64,000 bases of DNA, from assembly GCA_048882485.1 (NCBI GenBank), contig JBHLRP010000008.1:13671-77670 (forward strand), written 5' to 3'. The position numbers were made by a program, and so were the translations under genes. Positions 58,141-64,000 of the stretch are shown here, one piece after another. Below the pieces are notes generated by a model, which saw only the letters and a list, made by a program, of their open reading frames with translations, was not told the origin of the DNA and searched no databases. How positions within the stretch are numbered: the stretch's first letter is position 1; each line of letters starts with the position of its first letter. This stretch comes from Candidatus Thorarchaeota archaeon. GTDB lineage: Archaea; Asgardarchaeota; Thorarchaeia; Thorarchaeales; Thorarchaeaceae.

Positions 58141-58653
58141 ATGATTCTTGTTGACATAAGCAAGTGCACTGGTTGTAGAAGCTGTGAAACCGCATGCTCA
58201 TTCTATCATACGGGGAAGGTCAGTAATCGTTTTGCCAGAATCAAAGTAATGCACCTCTATGAAACAGGCATTGATGGTCCTGTGGTATGTGTTCAGTGCA
58301 AAGAGAGATACTGCATGGAATGTCCCGTGGATGCAATGACGATTGGCACGCTTGGTGAAATAGTTGTATCTCCTACCATTTGCAATCAATGCGGCACATG
58401 TATACGAAAGTGCCCGATTGGAGCCGTGGAAGAACATGAAGAGATTGTCTTTGTTTGCGACCTGTGCGGAGGTCGACCGAAGTGTGTCGATTCTTGCACA
58501 GAAGGGGCTATAATCTTCGAGCTGAATGCTCCTCGGATATCACTTGCTGGGACCGAAGTATCTTCAAAAGAACTGAACACAAGTGAGCGGCGACAGCAGT
58601 ATATTAAAGGTTTAGGCGATGACGTGAGGAAGTCTTGGAGGAGTTCTGCTTGA
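58141..58653 (+). CDS. 4Fe-4S dicluster protein (AOR partner)
   Basis: Four CxxCxxCxxxC-type motifs. Confidence 0.92.
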   Translation: MILVDISKCTGCRSCETACSFYHTGKVSNRFARIKVMHLYETGIDGPVVCVQCKERYCMECPVDAMTIGTLGEIVVSPTICNQCGTCIRKCPIGAVEEHEEIVFVCDLCGGRPKCVDSCTEGAIIFELNAPRISLAGTEVSSKELNTSERRQQYIKGLGDDVRKSWRSSA

Positions 58654-60440
58654 CCAAATACGGGTATGGCGGGAGTATTCTAAGGATTGACCTCTCAACT
58701 AAGTGCTTCAAGATTGAGAAGAGCAATGCATCGTGGTTCAGAAGTGTCATCGGTGGTCGTGCTGCAAATACGAAGAGGCTGTTTAAAGAGCTTGATGTTG
58801 GTTGTAATCCCCTTGGTCCTGAGAATATCATCATTTTTGGAGTTGGGCCACTCACAGGCACGCTGCTTCCTGCATCTGCATACTATACTGTTACTGCAAA
58901 GTCACCGATGACAGGCATTCTGGGAGACTCTGCAGCAGGAGGCCAATTCGCAGCAGAGATGAAACTCACTGGATTCGATCAGATCATAATAACTGGAAAG
59001 GCAGAAGCGCTGACCTACTTACTGGTGAACAATCATTGTGTTGAGTTTGTAAGATGTGAGGAGCTCGCTGGCAAGACCATAATAGAAACTACATCCTCAA
59101 TCCGAAAAACGCAAAGGGACCACTCAATCGAGGTTGCTGCCATTGGACCAGCTGGAGAGAACAAGGTCCTCTTTGCAACCGTAGTTTCCAGTGGCAACCG
59201 AGTCAATGGTAGGACTGGTATGGGTGCAGTCATGGGTTCTAAGAATCTCAAGGCTTTAGCTGTCAGGGGCTCTGGCGCAGTGGCATCTGCAGATCCCATC
59301 GCATTTCTCGACGAGGTTGAGAAGATGCGTGAAGCCATTTCTGCCCACGTTGAGTATGACAAAAGGCATAGATTGGGCACTACAATGCTGATGAATGACC
59401 TCAATAGCATCGGCATCCTTCCTACAAGGCACTTCCAAGATGGCATCTGTGACTATGTGGATGACATCTCTGGGGAGCGTCTGGCTGATGAGTTCAAGGT
59501 GAAGAATAAAGCATGTTTCAACTGCAATCTTCACTGTTCACGCTATTATGTCACGGAGGCTCACGAGGCCGAAGGACCGGAGTTTGAAACTCTTTGTAGC
59601 TTCAGCTCTAGGCTAGGCAGTGATGACCTCCCCTTCGCTCTGGAGATGAACGCTTGGCTCAATCAGATGGGGCTTGATTCGATCTCCACGTCTGAGGTCA
59701 TTGGATGGATTATTGAGTGTCAAGAGAAAGGCCTCGTTTCTCCAGATGACTTGGATGGCTTAAGCATTGGTTGGGGAGATGTGGAATCGATTCGAACCGC
59801 GGTAAGCTTGTTAACCTTTCGGGAGGGCGTTGGGGACCGACTTGCGGATGGTGCTACGAAGCTCTCGAAGGACTTCAATGCTGAGGTTCAGAAACTCGTC
59901 ATGCAAGTCAAGGGTCTTGATATTATCTGTGGAGACCCTAGAGGGATCAAGGCGTATGGTCTCACTTATGCTATCGCATCTCGTGGCGGAGACCACTTGA
60001 GAGCTGAGCCCTACTTTGAACTCACCAACAGGTTGGAGGAGTCCAAGAAGCGATTTGGAACAGAGAAGGCGGCAATGAGAATGGAGGAGGAAGGAAAAGC
60101 CGCATTGGTGACCTATTCTGAAAAGATTGCTCTTATGACTGATTCCATGACAATGTGCAAGAACATAGGTCTCTGCATGGATGTGCTTAACTTTGAGAAT
60201 GCGGCTGCTTTGCTGAAGTCTGGGATCGGTGTCGATTATTCTCCCGAGAAACTGCAGAAGATGATGGGAGATTCTGTGAATCTCCAACGCAAGCTAAATG
60301 AGAAGTTCGGTGTATCTAGATACGACGATACATTGCCGGACCGTTTCGTCAAAGAGCCCCTAGCGCGAGGTCCAACAAAAGGCTCAATTGTCAATATTGA
60401 CAAGATGGTTGATGAGTACTACCAACTTCACGATTGGTGA
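58650..60440 (+). CDS. aor: tungsten aldehyde:ferredoxin oxidoreductase family protein
   Basis: GPLTG, KSPMTG, IGPAGE, GRTGMGAVMGSKNLKA, CFNCNLHC, EFETL, GLDSIS and RGGDH motifs. Confidence 0.92.
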   Translation: MTKYGYGGSILRIDLSTKCFKIEKSNASWFRSVIGGRAANTKRLFKELDVGCNPLGPENIIIFGVGPLTGTLLPASAYYTVTAKSPMTGILGDSAAGGQFAAEMKLTGFDQIIITGKAEALTYLLVNNHCVEFVRCEELAGKTIIETTSSIRKTQRDHSIEVAAIGPAGENKVLFATVVSSGNRVNGRTGMGAVMGSKNLKALAVRGSGAVASADPIAFLDEVEKMREAISAHVEYDKRHRLGTTMLMNDLNSIGILPTRHFQDGICDYVDDISGERLADEFKVKNKACFNCNLHCSRYYVTEAHEAEGPEFETLCSFSSRLGSDDLPFALEMNAWLNQMGLDSISTSEVIGWIIECQEKGLVSPDDLDGLSIGWGDVESIRTAVSLLTFREGVGDRLADGATKLSKDFNAEVQKLVMQVKGLDIICGDPRGIKAYGLTYAIASRGGDHLRAEPYFELTNRLEESKKRFGTEKAAMRMEEEGKAALVTYSEKIALMTDSMTMCKNIGLCMDVLNFENAAALLKSGIGVDYSPEKLQKMMGDSVNLQRKLNEKFGVSRYDDTLPDRFVKEPLARGPTKGSIVNIDKMVDEYYQLHDW

Positions 60441-60494
60441 TCTGCATCGCAATCATCATAATGGAAACAAGTGAAGAACTTGGAGTATACAAGC

Positions 60495-61301
60495 CTATTC
60501 TTTCTTTGCTGACACTATGATTGAATTGGGAAAGATCTGGTTGGTGTCAATAAATGGGTAGTATGGCTCTTTGGACTCGCGGTAAGGCATAGCATCTGGG
60601 GGCATGGTTTCAATTTCCTCCCGAGCGTATCCTTTTGGTTCAGCAATGCCTTCGATTCTGAACCCAGCAACAATCGGACCGTTAATTATCTGGCCTAGAC
60701 GCCAACCTGTTGACTCGAAGGTAGCTATGGACTCTCCATCATAGTTCGTCCAATCCCAGATTTCTCGCTCGTCTTTGAAGTAATTGACTATCTTTGAGAG
60801 ATCATGGAGCTCCATCGCCTCACCAAATACAAGCCAAATGGGATGACTCATGCACGTGACAAATCTGCCACCAAGTCTAAGTATTCTTGAGCATTCATTG
60901 AAGACCTTCTGAATGTCAGACACATAATTCATGGCATGCATTGAAACAATTAGATCAAAAGTAGCATCTTCAAGAATAGACATATCCTCCATATCACTCT
61001 TGATGAATCTAACATCAACGCCAACGCTATCTGCAAGTCGCCTAGCATACTCAAGCTGTTTCTCTGATTGGTCTAGTCCAACCACAGACTTGGCGCCCCA
61101 TTTGGCCAGTACAATGCTGTTCTGACCTCCGCCACAGCCGACTTCAAGAACATCAAGTCCTTTCACATCTCCCATTATTCCAAGCTCACGTTCTCCTGGG
61201 CCATAGGCATTGTAATGGATGTTTTCTAGTGAGATTATCTGAGCAGCCTGATAATGGTCAGACAACTTGTCCCATGACTCTTCATTGCGTTTATTGGACA
61301 T
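60495..61301 (-). CDS. class I SAM-dependent methyltransferase
   Basis: VLEVGCGGG, GLDQS and FDLIVS motifs; ATG 61301. Confidence 0.9.
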   Translation of the reverse strand: MSNKRNEESWDKLSDHYQAAQIISLENIHYNAYGPGERELGIMGDVKGLDVLEVGCGGGQNSIVLAKWGAKSVVGLDQSEKQLEYARRLADSVGVDVRFIKSDMEDMSILEDATFDLIVSMHAMNYVSDIQKVFNECSRILRLGGRFVTCMSHPIWLVFGEAMELHDLSKIVNYFKDEREIWDWTNYDGESIATFESTGWRLGQIINGPIVAGFRIEGIAEPKGYAREEIETMPPDAMPYRESKEPYYPFIDTNQIFPNSIIVSAKKE

Positions 61302-61384
61302 TGTGGTCCCTACCAATGGGTTTCTTGGTTTGCAGAATTCGCGAAGAAATATATTCTTCGCCGTCAACGCTGCCTGAGTGCAGC

Positions 61385-62320
61385 ATGAAGGTGGTTTTGC
61401 TGGATACGATAGACAAGAAACTCATACTAGAACTCGATCATAATTGCAGAGCGACGTTCCAAGAGCTTGCGCATAAGCTTGGGATGACTGCAAATGCAGT
61501 AAGGAAAAGAGTCACGAAGCTTGTCGAACAAGGTGTCATAGAGGAATTTGTGGTCATTATGAGACCGGCAATGACTGGAGCTGAGTTTCTTCTTGCTCTT
61601 TTTCACACTGATGGTCATGAAGATGATGAGGTGCTCATCAAGGAGTTGGGCGATTATCCCGGAGTGGTGCAGACTGGCTTGGTCGCATCTATCAAAGGGC
61701 GTACATATCTAGTGTTCGCAGAATACATCGGTGCTGCTGGATTGATGGACCTGCGGAAGTTTCTTTGTGGTCTTGAATCAGTTCAAGACGTCGAGATGCA
61801 TACCCTTCTTAGACAACAGGGCTCAAAAATCGAGCTGAGCAGGCTGCATCTCAGAATCCTCCGACAGCTAATAGAAGATGCCAGAATGTCCATCACTGAT
61901 ATAGCAAACAGCACCGGGCTTTCAGCAAAGAGAGTTAGGAGGGCATTATCAGACATCACGCAGAGTGGTGCGTTCTGGCTTGCAGCTAGATGGAATCTAA
62001 GTGCTGGAGAGGATACAGAGTTTTACGCCAGGATTGAGATTGACGAACAGGTGGCGGATAGAGAAGCTGTGGATGATTATTTACGATCCAATCATCCTAG
62101 TGAGTATTGGCTATCATTTCATTCAGCCATTGAGCCAATGGTATTTGCGAAATTCGTAACAGAGCACTTCAGGGAATCAGATGAAATTGCAAGAGCATTG
62201 AAGAATGCACCATTTGTCAAATCGATTGACGTGCTAATCTGCTATCCTGTGCATAAGTTCGAAAGACTGAGTCAGTTAATGCTCAAAGAGAAGCTGACTG
62301 AAGCTGGGCTCTGGCCCTAG
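61385..62320 (+). CDS. tandem (duplicated) Lrp/AsnC family transcriptional regulator
   Basis: Two HTH-RAM units: LDTIDKKLILEL..NCR..FQELA and LRILRQLIEDARMSITDIA. Confidence 0.88.
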   Translation: MKVVLLDTIDKKLILELDHNCRATFQELAHKLGMTANAVRKRVTKLVEQGVIEEFVVIMRPAMTGAEFLLALFHTDGHEDDEVLIKELGDYPGVVQTGLVASIKGRTYLVFAEYIGAAGLMDLRKFLCGLESVQDVEMHTLLRQQGSKIELSRLHLRILRQLIEDARMSITDIANSTGLSAKRVRRALSDITQSGAFWLAARWNLSAGEDTEFYARIEIDEQVADREAVDDYLRSNHPSEYWLSFHSAIEPMVFAKFVTEHFRESDEIARALKNAPFVKSIDVLICYPVHKFERLSQLMLKEKLTEAGLWP

Positions 62321-62370
62321 AATCACTAGATATATCTAGTTCATTTCCTCCCTTTTGCTGTTTCACATGG

Positions 62371-63210
62371 GTGAGTTCCATGACTCTAGATATTTACAAA
62401 CTGCGAAGCGAGTTCGGAGAACAGCATAGTCTTCTAACCACTTCTGATGGTGCCACTCTTTTCATTAGGAAGTGGGGACCTGAGGGTCCGCCCAAAAGCA
62501 CAGCTATACTCATTCTTCATGGAATTACCGCCTACAGTGGTCCCTATAGCGAGATTGCGACACCGCTCGCTTCAAGGGGCTTTGCGGTCTTCGGATTGGA
62601 CCTCCGAGGCCATGGTCTTTCTGACGGAAATAGAGGTGACACTCCCGGGAGAGAGAGATACGTGAAGGATCTCTGCGAAGCAATTGCATTCGTGAAGGAA
62701 CAGCATCCCAGCATTGTTATTCTAGGACATAGTCTCGGTGTTCTTTCGTCTATCCTAGCAATGAGTGCATGCATCAAGCAGATTGATGGTGCGATATTTC
62801 TCAGTGCGGCAAGAGATACACGGCCGGGCGTTTATCCCTCCATAGGTGGGGTTCAGAAGCTGAAGATTATTCTTAGCTCAATCTTCTTTCCAAGCAGGCC
62901 TGTTATGGAGTATCGTCGGGAAGGAATGGTAGGGCTGGATGATCCTTTATTTACATTCAGCTACACACTTCGTTTCATGAGAACAACAGTCTTGTCGGAC
63001 TTCAGCTTTCCTTCTGAGATGCCATTCCCTGTTCTCGTAGCTATTGGAAACGAGGACGAGCTATTTGCGGTCGATGCTGCTAGAGCCCTATTCGAGGAGA
63101 TACCGTCAAAGACCAAGGAGTTCCTAGTTGCTGAAGGTGCCAGGCACGCAGTTTTTCCAGAAGGCTGTTTGAATCCTATATTCGAATGGGCTGATTCCAC
63201 ATTCAAGTAG
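62371..63210 (+). CDS. alpha/beta hydrolase (lysophospholipase/Hydrolase_4-like)
   Basis: LHG, DLRGHG, GHSLG nucleophile, D..F and GARH motifs. Confidence 0.9.
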   Translation: MSSMTLDIYKLRSEFGEQHSLLTTSDGATLFIRKWGPEGPPKSTAILILHGITAYSGPYSEIATPLASRGFAVFGLDLRGHGLSDGNRGDTPGRERYVKDLCEAIAFVKEQHPSIVILGHSLGVLSSILAMSACIKQIDGAIFLSAARDTRPGVYPSIGGVQKLKIILSSIFFPSRPVMEYRREGMVGLDDPLFTFSYTLRFMRTTVLSDFSFPSEMPFPVLVAIGNEDELFAVDAARALFEEIPSKTKEFLVAEGARHAVFPEGCLNPIFEWADSTFK

Positions 63211-63820
63211 GTTGGAAGTTTCTCTTCTGGAATGTATTAATGACAAGCAAACCAACGAAGAGGAGCGAGCCAAAGACGGTGAACCACTCAATAAGTGGAC
63301 CACCAAAGAATATCTGAAAACCTAATGTTAGGAAGTCAATCGAAATCCCATAGACCGCAATCAGTTTCCAGAAATCTGAATTCAACACAAGTGCGAAGTT
63401 GACAATTAATAGCACAAAGAAGTTCAAGAGAAAGAAAGTTGAGGACGCCACCATATGAGATGCCCCCTGGTCCTCCGAAAACACTCCTATCAATATGAGA
63501 GCCACTGCAGAGCAGAGTCCAATAACTTGACCTATGATGAGAGGCACCTTTTGATACAGACGATCTGTATGCCATTGATAGAATCCGATGTAGAAAGGAA
63601 ACAGAGCGATACCTGTTAGAATGCAGCCAATATTGTAGAAATAGGCACCAAATGGGCTATAGTTGAAGTTTCCAAGACGACTAAGATAGTGTGTGGAGGG
63701 GCCGTAGCTCTCTGGATAGAATGCCCACGAAATTAGGGTGAAGACAATATATAATATGATTACCAGTACGCCGCCAATTATCAGTAGGGGCCACCTAAAT
63801 GAGAATCGCTGCATCAGCAA
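63203..63820 (-). CDS. DUF998 family membrane protein
   Basis: HYLSRLG, IGVF and H..EW motifs; about 6 TMs. Confidence 0.75.
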   Translation of the reverse strand: MLMQRFSFRWPLLIIGGVLVIILYIVFTLISWAFYPESYGPSTHYLSRLGNFNYSPFGAYFYNIGCILTGIALFPFYIGFYQWHTDRLYQKVPLIIGQVIGLCSAVALILIGVFSEDQGASHMVASSTFFLLNFFVLLIVNFALVLNSDFWKLIAVYGISIDFLTLGFQIFFGGPLIEWFTVFGSLLFVGLLVINTFQKRNFQPT

Positions 63821-63887
63821 AGCCTCTCAAGTGATTGTGTTCTTCTCCCTGTTAAGACTTCGGCAGAGCAAATGAAACTGGCTGCTA

Positions 63888-63966
63888 GTGACCGGCGGCG
63901 GATGAAGGCACGGCCGTAAACGAAACGGGCCGGGTCTGACACACCCCGCAAGGGTGCGTTGGTCGC
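63888..63966 (+). ncRNA. SECIS-like / K-turn-containing structured RNA
   Basis: AUGAA (63902), an 11-nt helix, AAA, then UGAC (63937), enclosed by a 10-bp stem with three G-U pairs on the plus strand; GNRA-type side hairpin; pyrimidine tract after. Confidence 0.55.
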
Positions 63967-64000
63967 ACCTCCTTCCATCCTTTCTCTTTTACTAAACATT

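Noticed and set aside
334-63575. Numerous short ORFs antisense to or overlapping confident genes (e.g. 334-525, 1989-2348, 16305-16820, 41138-41668, 59811-60287)
   Set aside because: They are shadow ORFs of well-supported genes and show no motifs of their own.
63899-63926. Hammerhead ribozyme (GAUGA...CGAAAC)
   Set aside because: The core reads CGGAUGA rather than CUGAUGA, and stem II does not abut GAAA.
63966-63973. CACCTCCT resembling the 16S rRNA 3' end
   Set aside because: The upstream sequence lacks the conserved 16S terminal helices.
63814-63999. 61-aa minus-strand ORF, or an integron attC site
   Set aside because: The ORF is antisense to a GC-rich structured element. No proper RYYYAAC/GTTRRRY pair and no integrase are present.
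1-64000. tRNA, rRNA, transposases, prophage or defence genes
   Set aside because: None were recognised by eye. tRNAscan-SE and an Rfam scan would be needed to exclude atypical RNAs.

Overview
This is a gene-dense archaeal chromosome segment, most likely from an Asgard archaeon (Thorarchaeota-like). That assignment is inferred from a single-domain gelsolin, an internalin-like LRR protein, B-box membrane proteins, cofE, an aldehyde:ferredoxin oxidoreductase (AOR), TATA-type promoters and GAGGTGA ribosome-binding sites. It holds about 63 CDS. Most are metabolic, transport or regulatory: amidohydrolases, a MoxR/VWA pair, adenine deaminase, an NfeD-like/flotillin pair, a PAS histidine kinase, ArsR plus a P1B-ATPase, an ABC exporter, sfsA, dinB, eutA, MscS, SSB and a deacylase/aminotransferase/AOR cluster. 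I saw no rRNA, tRNA, CRISPR array or transposase. The most unusual signals lie in gaps the ORF track leaves empty. (1) At 50.9-51.65 kb a 267-bp-period tandem duplication carries, in each unit, a TATA box, a co-varying palindrome over the predicted start site, a co-varying 5' leader hairpin, a GAGGTGA site and an Arg-rich micropeptide (47 and 34 aa, 14/30 identical). A third basic micro-ORF and a 3' hairpin follow. (2) An apparently orphan element resembling a eukaryote-type SECIS lies at 63.9 kb. (3) Long structured leaders precede the flotillin, SSB and adenine deaminase genes, and their G-U pairs favour the mRNA strand. (4) A PAS histidine kinase carries a C-terminal CxxC thioredoxin-like domain. 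All protein calls are by-eye motif recognition and all RNA structures are hand-folded; no searches were run.
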